Below are positions 50,011 to 62,496 of a stretch of DNA of 64,000 bases, one piece after another. How positions within the stretch are numbered: position 1 is the stretch's first letter; every line of letters starts with the position of its first letter. Source of the DNA: Camelus ferus (Eukaryota); contig NC_045697.1 of assembly GCF_009834535.1 (NCBI RefSeq), positions 78,370,001-78,434,000 on the forward strand, given 5' to 3'. The position numbers and the translations under genes were made by a program. The notes beneath the pieces are model-generated. The model worked only from the letters and a program-made list of their open reading frames with translations. It ran no database searches and was not told the DNA's origin.

Positions 50011-51096
50011 GACAGTGTCTTCATGGAAATCTGACTCTCCAACTGTTTGGACTGCTGTCCACACACAAATTGATGTTTATGCCAGTTCATTCTCCTGAAA
50101 GGCCAATCTGAGTATTACCATCCATATCTCTGATTTGTCATACTTGAGTCATTGCCTGGCACTTCAAGAATATGTCCTAGTAACTCACATTTTATAGTTT
50201 TAGTCCTTAGTTCCTAAATTTCAGAAGACAGCAAAGGTTTAATTTTAACAGTATAACTTTCAGTATTATTAGAAATGATGGCCAATTTCACCAATAGCCT
50301 GAAGAAAGACTTACTGGGAAATAGCCATATTTTAATACTCAATGATAGGCAGAGTCCCCAAATGCAGTGACGCAGAGTTTTGTTTTGAAAAAGTAATTGA
50401 AAGAATCACCACAATCTAGAGAAATCAGAAAACAAATTTGGCATGACTAGAAATTATTATCATATTATAAAAGACAAAATAACAAGAAAAAGCTCATTTG
50501 GTTTCCAACAGCTTTCATTGCGTATCACTTAATTTTTTAAACATTTTTTCTCAAATTCGCACTATCAAAGGGAAATAGCTTATTGGTATTAACTTATAGA
50601 CCGTTTTATGCCTCTGTAAAGATTAGAATGAATAAACTGGAGGATTCATTGAGGTGGGAGAACCAGGTAAAATTATCGCTTCCATCATAGTAGAACTAGA
50701 AAAGGACTCGGCATTAGCAGTGAGACTTCTGAATGAAGAAAAAGTCATTTTATTAAAACTGAAAACATATGATGAAAGAGTTAGCATGGCTTATCCTGGC
50801 CTAGATTAAGCCTAAAGCAAACCTCCCAACTATTGTTGAACTACAAGTTAAAAATCTTCAGAAACTTTCCTTTAAGTACATATATTACAAAATATAATTT
50901 TTAAAGAAAAAGTTACAAGCTAAGAAATCATTTTCCCACAATCTTTTTAAGGAACAAATATTATATTTTATATTCACAGAAACATGACATTGTTTTAATG
51001 GAGACATGTTGAAACAAGCTTCTTCTATTTATATTTTTAGTTACTTGTCACTAATATATATGATAGTTAATGTATGTATTAATATACTATCATGTT

Positions 51097-51305
51097 AACA
51101 AACATATTATTATATATAAAATAGATAAACAACAAGGACCTACTGTATATCACAGGGAACTATATTCAATTTCTTGTAATAACACATAATGAAAAAAGTC
51201 TGAAAAGAAAATATATATGTATGTATATGTATAACTGAATCACTTTGCTGTATACTTGAAATAAACACTGTAAATCAGCTATACTTCAATCAAAAATTTA
51301 AAAAA
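51097..51305 (+). mobile_element. L1 3' UTR-only fragment
   Basis: tatataaaatagataaacaacaaggacctactgtata...gtataactgaatcactttgctgta...ctatacttcaat; imperfect TSD atatactatcatgtt / atatacatatcctgtt. Confidence 0.92.
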
Positions 51306-51586
51306 TATATACATATCCTGTTGTGTCTATGTGAGTTCCCTTCAAAATGCTTTCATAGTATCATGCTAATGACACAAATCTATTTGTATGAAAATCTGGT
51401 AAATTAATTTTAGGCATGTTATTTCCTTGTTACTAAATATTTTCACACCTAGAAATCCACGTTGAATCATGTTTCTTAAAGATCTATATGTTCTTATCGC
51501 TTCACTTTTGATATTAACTCAAAAATTATATTTAAATATTTTTATACTTTAAGTCATGTATTCCTTTCTTTTCAGCACTCACCCCT

Positions 51587-51635
51587 CACACACACACACA
51601 CACAAATTTTATTTTATTTTATTTTATTTTATTTT
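51587..51635. repeat. (CA)n followed by (ATTTT)n compound microsatellite
   Basis: Read directly from the sequence. Confidence 0.9.
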
Positions 51636-52073
51636 GCATAGAAACATAATGTATTATTACATTACATGCTGGGCTTTCTAGAGCTTTGTCATCAGATTAT
51701 GACCTTATTATCTCACATTTAATTAATTAATCAATTAAAATATTAGGGGGCAAAGATTCAGACAGAGATTTTTGAAACCTTTATTATTATCATGGGTATC
51801 TGAGGTGGCTTCAAATAAAAACATTAAATAACATGTTGCTCCATATTCATCATCTTCCATTCCACCTACAAGGCTTAAAATCACTACGTTCAACTGAGCA
51901 TCTTTAAATAAGCTCATAACTAAATGAGACACATAAGCCTTAGTTTAGAAAAAAATCCCCGAAACAAGCAGTGTTCTGCGATGTATTGGCATACAATAAT
52001 CCCACTGCCTGTAACTCAGGTCCCTTCCATGACCTAGAATTGGGGTGAAAAGAGGAGGTAGAGAGGTCTTTGA

Positions 52074-52092
52074 AACTGCCCCCTCCAGGAGC
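52074..52092 (-). promoter_or_regulatory. Candidate CTCF core motif
   Basis: Minus strand GCTCCTGGAGGGGGCAGTT versus CCASYAGRKGGCRS; no upstream motif. Confidence 0.35.
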
Positions 52093-52282
52093 ATGGGAAA
52101 AGCTGAGTTGTTTTTCCGCAGTCTCTTCTCCCTCTTTGCGGACATTTAGTAAAATCTAGTCAGAACTAGCAGTCCTCATTATTTACACTACCACTTTATA
52201 TCTGAAAAGAATATCCTGTAACTTGCTTTTAGGAATGTTGCGATTCTATTGAACGACTATTCTGTACTTTAAAAGTGTCCGC

Positions 52283-52372
52283 GGGGAGGATGATAGCTCA
52301 GTGGTAGAGTGCATGCTTAGCGTGCAGGAGCCATGGGTTCAATCCTTAGTACTTCCACTAAAAAAAAAAAAA
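52283..52372 (+). mobile_element. tRNA-Ala-derived SINE (vic-1 type)
   Basis: ggggaggatgatagctcagtggtagagtgcatgcttagcgtgcaggagccatgggttcaatccttagtacttcca plus poly(A). Confidence 0.92.
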
Positions 52373-53369
52373 TGAGTGACAAATATTTAGAGAGAATGGT
52401 AGGTAGATACGGGGTGGACAGGTAGATAGATTGATCAATAGATACTTTAGTTGTAAAATAACAGACAGTAGAACATCATCAAAGATACAACATAGCAACT
52501 TCATACCACAGATGCCACTATAAAAAAGGGAAAGATTCCAGTTCAGCCCAGTTTTACCCTCAGCCATTCTGTTTTTTTCTCCACAGGGCAGTGATAACGT
52601 TCTCCCTGCAGCCCTGGAACCTGCATACATAAAACTATAGATCCAAGAAAATGTCAATTGCTAGCTCCCTTCCCACTAAACTCACTTGTAACCTCTGGGA
52701 ACTCTCTTAACCTCATCTGTAAAATGGGGCTAATAACATTGACCTATTTTATTGGCGGCTGGGAGGTTTGGCAGTGAATGTTTGAGAAGCACTTTAAAAA
52801 TACAAATGAAAAATGAAAAAAAAAATAGAAAAGGTCACTTAGGTGATAGCAGAAATGCACACAGTATTTGAGGTGAACCAGGTTAAACAAATATGCAGCT
52901 GAGACCCCTGAGTAAGAGGTGATTCCATATGGTGGGCAATTCACGCTCTTTCTCTTCAGTGGCAACGGCTTGTTTACGAAGCGTTAGATCAGGCAGCACC
53001 ATCAGGAAGAGGGTGTTTGATTCCCAGGGAACAGTAATTTCATTAGCAGTGGCTCTCAGCACAAATTTAGCACTGTAAACATTTTTGAAAATATAAATGC
53101 AAAGGGAGCTAAACTGGAAAGGAAAAAAAAAACTCAGAGCAAAAACATTGCATTTTTCTGCATAGATGCAAAAATACACAAGGGTTTGAAAGCCACTTGG
53201 AAGTCTGGATGTTGAACCTCAGGATGGGATTATCAAGAAGGAGACAATGCAAAGAAAAACGCCCGTGATCCAAGTCAGGGACAGCTAATTGAGGTAAGTG
53301 TATTCGCTGAGGGCGAAGATGAGCAAGTAGACAGAAGCCCTGCCATCAGCATCTCCGTGTCAAAACAGC

Positions 53370-53595
53370 TACAGTTTGGAGCACCTATTCTGGGTCAGAC
53401 ATACACTAAATACTTCAATAATTTCAATTAACCCTCTCAGGATCACTGTAGGGTAGGTGGTATCATTTTACACACTAGGAAACTGAAGTTCAAATGAGGT
53501 GTTTAACTTCCTCAAGATCACAAAGCTAAGAAGAGACCCAACAGGGATTTGCACCAAAGTCTAATTCTCAAACCCAAAGTCTAATTCTGCCATTA
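53370..53595 (-). mobile_element. MIR SINE
   Basis: gagcacctattctgggtcagac, cattttacacactaggaaactgaagttca, aacttcctcaagatcacaaagctaa. Confidence 0.75.
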
Positions 53596-53744
53596 TAAAG
53601 ATAAATGTGTATCCTAACTGCCCATTCAAAGACAAGGCAGGTATTCAGAGGGAAGCAAGTTCCGTGTAAGCTTTGATGATGTAGAAAGAAGTATCTTAGC
53701 AATGGATTTATACCATTTTCGTTTGTAAGAGACTGTGTATGTGT

Positions 53745-54395
53745 ATTATTTGCCTTTTTCAAAATATGATATACGTACACAAAAATGCATAACTCATAGG
53801 CACATAATATCTTGAAGTTTTACAAACTGGACACCCTTCTAACCAGCACCCAGATCCAGAAACAGAACATTACCAGCACCCAGAAGCCTCCTGGGCCCCC
53901 TTGCAGTTGCTATTCCCCTCAAAGGGTAACCCCTATCCTGACTTTGAACACTGCAGATTAGTTTTGACTGTTCTTGAATTTAGTATAAATGGAATCATAA
54001 AGCATGTGTCAGACGTATACTCAATTTTAGTTTCAACCAGTTTACTATGTATAGTTGCTGTTTGCACGCCTCATTGCTGTCACATCCCTTGATGTAACTG
54101 TAAGACAGCTATTTATCCACTTTACTCTTGACTTTCGGATAATTTCCAGCTTGGGGCTATTAGGAATAGGGTTGCTATGAATATTTTGTCTATGTTATTT
54201 TGGTAAGACCTATATGCATTTCCACTGGGCACGTATCTAGAGCAGAATTTGTTCATCACAAGGCATGTGTACGTTTAAACCCAATTGTGCAGTTTTACAA
54301 AATGCTTGAACAAATGTATACCCCCACCTGCTATGTGTGAGTGCTCCAGGCCCTCAACATCCCACCAACATTTGGTATTTCCCTTCTTCTTTCAC
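53745..54395 (-). mobile_element. L1ME-type 3' end
   Basis: aaccagcacccagatccagaaacagaacattaccagcacccagaagcc, gattagttttgactgttcttgaatttagtataaatggaatcata, atttccagcttggggctatta. Confidence 0.85.
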
Positions 54396-55156
54396 ATTAG
54401 TTTTGATAGTATATTTTTACTATTATTACCCTCTGCATCTTGGAAAAATATTTTTAAAAGAATTTTATAATAAAGCAAAGATGACTTAATTATCTGGTGT
54501 AGAAGAATCATAACAAAAAATTTTGCCCGCAATTTCAGTCAGTATAATAACCTCCATGACTAATGTTAGTGAACCTCAAAGTCCTTGTTGGAAATGATTG
54601 AGAGTTTTCTTTTCTGGATTTCCTTTTTTAAAAAAAAATAATACACACACTAATGCCCTTTCTCTGAGTCACTTCACCTTTGACCTGAGTCCCAGTGAGT
54701 TTATAAACTTTATCTATTTATTTCTTACAGCACAGAAAGCAACATACCACACAGCAGCCGTTCTGCTCAGGGCAGGGCAGCAGTAACAGGAGGAAGAGGA
54801 AAATGGATAAGCCATGTGCCTCTGAAAGGAACAGGTTTCCTAGCTGTCCAAAGGGGTTCACCATTTCTCTCTTCTGTGTCTCCATGCAGTTTGATGTGTC
54901 TGAAACAGTAGCAATGTGAAATCTGATTTTGTGAGAGATTCTTGATGAAATTAAATCAGAGAACATGTAGCCTTCTGCTCAAAGGACTAGAAATGAGCAG
55001 TGCTGGAGAGCAAAGGGTGTCATACAAGGAGCCTTGAACTACTAGTCAGGAGACTTAAGTTCCATCCTTGGCCCCACTGTGGCTTTATGACCTCATGTGG
55101 TACTTTAACCTCTTAAGAACTCACTTTCCTTGGCTATAATCATACAACTTCTAAGG

Positions 55157-55500
55157 CATGTTTCCCCGAGTTAGGAAAAATGTACAGTCACATTCCCAGA
55201 TTCTACCCTACAACAACTGATTCAGATTTTATGGAATGGGCTCCAAAATTGGCCTTTAAAAATGCACAATGATGAGTCTGCTCGGTGAAGTTTGGAAACC
55301 ACTGCTCTGAGATAGCTTCCAGAGCAGCCTTTTCCAGACTTGCCTTGGCATAAAAATGATCAGGACTGTTGTTTAGAAATATAGATAAACAAACCTTCAC
55401 CGTGACTTCAGACATTCTGATTAATAATTCTTGATGAGTCCCCATGTGTATGAACAACCTCCTTGAGGATCCAAATGATCTAGCAAGCTGGGGAGGCACT
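55157..55500. mobile_element. Two adjacent MER5-like hAT-Charlie relics
   Basis: ttcccagattctaccctacaacaactgattcagat...gaagtttggaaaccactg; second copy cagccttttccagacttgcc...atcaggactgttgtttagaaatataga. Confidence 0.55.
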
Positions 55501-55579
55501 TCTCTTTTATCCTATAAACTAGTAATTTCTAAATTGCTTTCTCCAAAGTCCCTGGAATTCCCTTTAAGACCCTCAGGGG

Positions 55580-56100
55580 TTTACTTCAAATACTGTAGAT
55601 TAGTTTTGCCTGTTTTTGAACTTGATGTAGCTGACTCATTCAGTATCTGTTTCATTGGTATGTCTCATGTTATCTGGCCTCTTTTGCTCAGCACTACATT
55701 TGAAATTTACTCATAGGATTCTGGTGTATAAAGTACCTTCTTATTGCTTCCTAGTATTCTATTGTGTCTACTGAAGAGAGGCATTTCTAGATTTTGGATA
55801 GTGTAAACAGTCACTGATGCTAACAGTCTTTAGCATGCTTTGTGGTGAACTTATGTTTACATTTTCATCAGATCTATTCTCAAGAGAAGATCACAGGGCC
55901 CTAGCCTGTAGCAGATATGGTCAGTTTGTGTAGATGCTGCCAGATAGTTTTTCACAGTGGGTGTTCCAGGTTCCATTTCCCCTGTAGGCCGAGTTCCAGT
56001 TGCTCCACATCCTTATCATCACTTGGTAATTTTTGTCTTCAAGCTTCAGTCAATGGCTATATGGCTAGCAGTTAGGTGGTGTTTACTGTTTGCTTAATTG
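55580..56100 (-). mobile_element. L1ME-type 3' region
   Basis: tagattagttttgcctgtttttgaactt, gagttccagttgctccacatccttatcatcacttggta. Confidence 0.7.
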
Positions 56101-56109
56101 TGGTGTTGC

Positions 56110-56510
56110 AGGCTATTTTTTCTTCTCATGTCCTTGTTTTTGTGTCCCCTGTCACCTTTGGGTTCTCTAGAGACTCCCTAGGAAAACCTCAGGGGTTGAG
56201 GCCTGCAGTCCCTTTAGCTTTAACCCTCTGTGGTGAAGTGTGGGGCAGAGGGAGCATGCTACAGTCTTATAAATGGGTCTCAGTCTTTAGTCTTTTGTTC
56301 CACATTGAAGGCTGCAAGAGCTGGAGTTGGGTAACTCCCTTTCCTCACATCAGTTAGGTTTTGGAAAACCCCAGTCAGGCTCTGATAAAAATAGTTTCCC
56401 TTGAGGGCAGGCCTTGTTAAGGAAAGCAGAGAGTTCTGGGCATATTTTGAAAATGGTTACTTTTCCCCTCCCCTTGACAGAAGTAGGAGGGGCTTTTTCT
56501 CCCATCCTTA
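56110..56510 (-). mobile_element. Ancient L1M 5' UTR fragment
   Basis: aggctctgataaaaatagtttcccttgagggcaggccttgttaagg...catattttgaaaatggttacttttcccctcccctt; homologous to 11830-11990. Confidence 0.7.
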
Positions 56511-58623
56511 GGCTGTGAGGATTTATAATAACATCACTCAGGTTGTAACTCTATGGCTTGTTAAGCAGAAATCATTCTGTAAATATTCATCACAGATTTT
56601 TGAAATGTATTTTTGATAATAACTGTCTTGACTAATAGAAAGCCCATATTTTATTTAAATCTATGATCTTTTGGAAAGAGAGGAAAACATGAGTCACAAA
56701 TTTATACTTTGATGGGAGAGGCCAAATGCTCTAAAGAGCTTAAGTATTCTAGATATTATTCAATTCGTGTTTGTAGTTTAGTTTTGGATAACAAAGATTT
56801 TAAACAGTCTTCCCTCAAATTAAAAATAGAACCATTTCAAGGTGGTGAAGATTGATATATTAGTTTCAGAATTTTTAAGCATTAATCTTCCAAGTCTCTA
56901 TCTGTAAAGATAAAATAGAGCAAGATCAACTTTAATTAAACTCTTGTCTATATAATTCCCTTACAGATAAAAAAAATCACAGGAGTTTTTAGTTGTTGGT
57001 TGTTGAATACATTATGTAAAATAGAGGCCTTTGCTTTTTTAATTAGATTATTTTATGATGTTACACAATTTGGAATTAGTGAAGACCAAGAGTTATTTAA
57101 ATTATAACTTAGGGAAATCAGTTCTCTGTGTAAGCATTCAAAAAAATGGAACTAATAATAAGGTAGAAATCTGTTTAAAGATAAATGTTAAAGGAAACAC
57201 ATGTGCTTTAAGGCAATACTGAATCCAATTATAATCTGACAGTTATTTCATGGAGAACACAATGCATTGAAATATTTAGACCTCCAAACACATAATGTAC
57301 TACAGTAAAACTAGTTTTGAATAGCTGGTAAAAATATGCAGCTGTTTAAATAATAGGCCTTCCAGGGTCCAGATTTATGAGCTTAACACTTTTTTTTTCT
57401 CTTAGTATTGTCTTTTTAGTAGTTTGGTTACCATCCCAAATAATTCATTAGCTTAATTTATTCTTTTGGCAACAAAGATATGTAAGTCTCAAATAGCCAA
57501 ATGCGTATAATATTGCATCATGTAAATATAACAAGCCGATAAGTGCCAATTTTTTCCCCAAATGATGCATCAGTGAGGCACGCAGGATGCGTTCAGCTGT
57601 TTGGAGAATGAAAGTATACAACCAAGATACTGCAAATTAAGACTGTGGCAGCCCCATGGTGTAGAAACGTGCAAGGGATGTCTTCCTACTGAGGATTTCC
57701 ACTCTGCTTTAATACATTGTCAGTGGGAGTGGTGTCAGCAGCAGCAGAATAGCATCTGACCTCCAGAAATTACACATCTTCCATTCACAGCTGCTTACTT
57801 TGCATTTGTTACTTATACTCCTCTTTTTACTCCCATGAATTAGATTTAGAACTGTGCATACAGGGAGCTTGTTCTTTCAAAGCACCAGGGTTAAGGAAAT
57901 GTTCATGTCTTTCTCTCGTCAACATGCGTTTTGTTCTGCTTTCCCCCTAATATTTAATAAGGTCTATGATGTCCCAGTTTTCTCTCTTAATTTTGAAAAG
58001 TTAATTAAAAGAAGTGGAGGAATGGAAGGGAGAGTTTCTCACAAGTCCAATTCATTCAAACAGTAGAGATAATTGCTGCAAGACATTAAGGTGTAAGCAC
58101 ATGCCTGCTGTAATTGGTGCATACTTATTAGGAGCTCTGGCCCTGCGGCCTCTCTCTGTGTTTGGGGCCCATGGTAATGTGGATACTTAAGGGAAAAGTG
58201 TGATTAGGGATGGTGTAGTTCATTCAGTAAACACTTCTTGGGGTTTGATGTGACTGAACTGAGTGTCACGTATGATTTTATACTTTCATCCTTCCAGACA
58301 ACTGACAGGTCTCTAATCTCCATCTCAGAACCTTCACTCAGCTTGAACTTTGGCTCATGAAGGTCATTTTGGAACCCCTTGGGACAAAGAGCCACGTTCG
58401 TGAAATCCCACAGAGTCGATAGATGCGATAATAGCTTTAGGCACATTTTCTTAAGACCCAAGGGGAAAGACAATTTCAATAAATGTAAAACTATGCCATC
58501 TACAATCCACACAATATCTTTCAAAATCTCATAGGAATAAATTCCTCTTTTCCTTCAGGCAAGAACCTCTTTAATATAACGATGCAAGACACTATTAAGG
58601 ACATGAGGTATTAACTATGCCAA

Positions 58624-58656
<33 letters not shown>

Positions 58657-58662
58657 CACACA
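58624..58662. repeat. (CA)n microsatellite with one CG interruption
   Basis: Read directly from the sequence. Confidence 0.95.
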
Positions 58663-60007
58663 ATCTATTAGATGGAGAGCCTCAAACACAAAAAGAACAT
58701 TCTTACATTTGATATTTCTCCTTTGCCTCACAATTGTTTATAAAGCATGTGCTGAATATTTAGACCTTAAATTGTTGGAGAGACTATGACTGTATGAAAA
58801 TGAACCAAATTATTAATGGGAAAATGCCTCAGATACATCATTCACTTATGGAAGATTTAAATATAGGTCCTCTGTTATTTTCTTTTTACCTTTTAGTCTC
58901 CATCTCATCTTAAAAAAAAAAAAAAAAAAAAAACCCTTACAGATTAGATATGTCAGTATAATTAACAGAAGTTTCCTTAGCAGCAGATGTCGGAGATAGG
59001 GGGTAAAGGGCATTCTCTTCCCCTGACATGTCATCAAAGGGAAAAACAAGGAATATTTAAATGAAAAAGGTGAAAACTCGTGGGGGCCTGTTTTAATATT
59101 TCAATAATTAACAGAAATTATTTTCAAATCATGATTTAGATTATGAAACAGTTATGAGATTTTATGACTGTATTAACATTAATTTTTTTCTGCCCGCCAC
59201 AAATTTTAGCATTGTCTTTGATTTTTTTTTCTTTCCTTGATATATTTCATGATGCAAAGGAATGCTTCTTGGAAGTAAAGTATCCCCTCCAGCAAAATAT
59301 TTCACTCGATTTCCCTCAGAGGATTCTGCTGGCAGGGAAAAAAAAAAAAGATGCTTCAGAAAAACTTCAAATTCAACAGCTTAAAAGTATTTTTAAATGA
59401 TCTATTTAAATAAAATTGTTCAATAAGTCTACATAAATGAATTCCAAAATTCACCTTTTTATTTTAATGTCATATTTGAGTCTAATTTTAATATTTTATA
59501 TTTTGTGCTTTTCTCTCTTTTGCATTTATTTTAAATAATAATGCGAATGCAATCAACCACAAATCCCATCCTCCAAAATAGATTATATTAAGAAGGGTTT
59601 TCTTGTTTACCTTTAAAAGGTCTCCTGAATATAACTGGTGCCAACAGAGAAATTCTTCTAAAGGTAATATAGGGATTTTAATCTGCCCCTAACCAGGAAG
59701 TGATGGAGGCCAATGCAAATAGCACTCATCTGATTCTGTAAAACTCATAATAAGAAATAATGAAGCATCTGGTCGACAGCAAAAGGTCAAGGAAGAAACA
59801 TTTTGAAATGGAGAGTGTATCAGTCCCTCTGGCAAAGACTTACAGGTTGGCAAAGACTGTTGTTGCTTCGGGAAGCTCTTGTGTCTCATTTTCACACGAA
59901 GACTGTATATTCCTACATATGTTCAGTGTTGCATTCACAGCAGAATTAGTTCTTAGTACCAGCAATAGGACATGAGCATGCTCTAACTTTTCAGAAGTAG
60001 TTTACAG

Positions 60008-60156
60008 CAGTGGTTCTCAAAGTTTCCTGCTTACTAGAATCACTAGAAGAGTTATTAAAAATCTTTGCACTGATAAAATTGGAATCCCTAGGGCTGAGAC
60101 CCTAGGCTAAAGTTCTGCAAGTCGTTCCATTGTGCAGCCAAATTTGAGAAGCAATG
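60008..60156. mobile_element. MER5A-like hAT-Charlie MITE
   Basis: Termini cagtggttctcaaa ... tttgagaagcaatg; internal tagaatcactagaagagttattaaaa. Confidence 0.8.
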
Positions 60157-60274
60157 ATTTGGGTGTTTATAAGGCACCGGCAGACACAAATGTGTGCAGA
60201 ACTGCAAAAGTAAGGCGCTAAGCTAACTGGCTTTAAAATGAGCATAGGGAACAAAAAACAAACAGACAAACAAA

Positions 60275-60650
60275 AAACAGGTGAATGGATGGTATATCTT
60301 AAAATAAACACTAATCATCAATAAAAAGGAAAGAAGCTAGACCAAAAAAAAGGGTGTGTACTGTATGATTTCATTTATTTAAAATTCTAGGAAATGCAAA
60401 GTAATCTGTAGTGACAGGAAGCAGATAAGTGGTTGCCTGACGTCAGGGCAAAGTTGAGGGTGGCAGTTAAGGGGGATAGTGAGGGACTGAAAAGGGGCAT
60501 AGGAAACTTTGGGGGTAATAGATACATTTATTTTCTTGGTTATATCGACCATTCAGTGGGTGAATACCTATGTCAAATTTTAACAAATTGTACACTTCAA
60601 ATATGTATCATTTAGTGTATGTCAATTGTACATATAATAATGCTATTTCT
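60275..60650 (+). mobile_element. L1MC/L1ME-type 3' end
   Basis: tactgtatgatttcatttatttaaaattctaggaaatgcaaa, gtgacaggaagcagataagtggttgcctg, aaattgtacacttcaaatatgt. Confidence 0.85.
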
Positions 60651-62496
60651 TAAAATAGTCTCTAGTAAGACTATTACCAAAGTCTTGAGAGGAAGAATGG
60701 GTGACAGAATTTATTAGTATGAATGCTGGGATTAGATGTGCAAAAGAGTTTTGCATTCAGAGTATCTGATTTATTTTCCTAAAATAGTGATTTGGGTATA
60801 AATGAAATCCATGTCTTTGAAGTTTCCTATATATTCATTTTTGGGGAGACTGTCTCGATTTTGGCAAGTGAGAATGTTGCTGGAATCTGGGAAGAGCCAA
60901 CTTACATGACATAGAATCTAATCTCTCAATATACTGCCACTGATTTGGAGGTTGTAGCTTTAGAAGAGTCTAGCATTTTAAAATCAACCTACCCGCTTGT
61001 GAGTTTAAATTTACCAACCTCCCACCCCCCATTTTTCTGGAAGTTTTCAACTCCTAGTACTTTAGTCATGTAAATACTCTCACACTTTTATCAGCCATGA
61101 GACATGAAGCTTCAAGTGCGGGACTCATTGGTTGGCATTTACCCGTCTTAAAATCTAGAGGAAACCAATTTTAGAGTTTATTATTCATATCTAATTTTTA
61201 CAAAAGAATGGTAGGATGATGATTTTGATAACAGTAGGCATACCATCTTTCATAGTTGATGTTGAAATACTTTAAATCCAAACTACTCACTTCAGTGATT
61301 TTCTTAAAAAGTGGAAAATTGGTTACTAACTTAGTCTGGATATATATTTTAATGCTGTTTTATATATGAGAAATAAATTAATGTTATAGGGGAATTTTTC
61401 TCTTTGAAAATGTTATTCTACCTTATATCACTTTAAAATAAATTATTCATAAAACAATTTCATAAGTCCTAAAATTACACTGTGATAAAAATAAATTTAA
61501 ATTTCATTGTGGTGATAATTGCATTCTCTAAATATGCTAAAAATCATTGACTTGTACACTTAAACAAGTGAGTATCATTAAATGTCAACTATCTGAGCAT
61601 TAAAAAAATCAAGAAAAACAAAGATGAAAAAAACCCAACTTAGCTAATATAGTGAGAAATTATTTAAATAATAAAGTTCTTCTTTCTGTATCTTGCATTC
61701 TAGCCAAACCATTTCTTTTATAAACATAGCCAGTACTTTATTTCTTTGAGCCTTGGTTTCAGCATGAAGAATGTTTATCTGCACCTTTCTACCCTTTGAA
61801 GTCCTGTCCATTCTTGATGGTCCACTTAATGTCTCACTGCTTAATCAAATAGAGTTTGATAAGATCCATAAAACAGAGGAGATTTTTTTCATAGATGATC
61901 AATGATTCTCAAAGAACTGGGGTTGAAGGAGGGGCATAAAGACAGTGAATATAGAATATAAGTTTATATTTAGAATATATTTGCCAATATTTTAATAAAT
62001 AAAATAACAAATTTGATAGAGAATTTGTGTACTGTCAGAGGGTAATGAATTAAAGCATTTATAAAACACTGCCCAATAAATATTTGTTTAAACAAATATA
62101 CAACATAGTAATAATCTCATTTGACTGATATCACTGGAGAATGAATCTTTTAGATGATTGAAATTCACCTCCAAATGTAGTGTTATAACTTTAAATGAGT
62201 TAATTCATTATAAAAATGATTACTATAAATGAAAAATACACAGAATGTGATTATTTAGTTTCCCCTGAAAACCCCAAGTTTTGTTCTTCAGTGACTAAGA
62301 GGCTAAAAGCCGGTGCAGACATATTACAACAAAAGTGGAGGGAATTCGTTTCTTCTCAAGATGTTACTCCTTAAGAATGATTTAAGGTACACTACAGCTT
62401 AAAATATCTGAAATGGAAGAGGCTATTGAAAACTGGGGGCTAGTGGGAATCCAAAAGAAAGCATTTATTTATTCAGATTAAGCAAGAGATTGGAGT

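Noticed and set aside
52283..52372. tRNA-Ala gene (also 33474, 44749, 47679)
   Set aside because: Stems are degenerate, A-rich tails follow, and three of the four copies have TSDs: these are tRNA-derived SINEs.
53554..53588. Direct repeat of ccaaagtctaattct (similar short duplications near 1588-1614 and 21101-21137)
   Set aside because: Two-copy slippage duplications are ordinary; not arrays or CRISPR-like.
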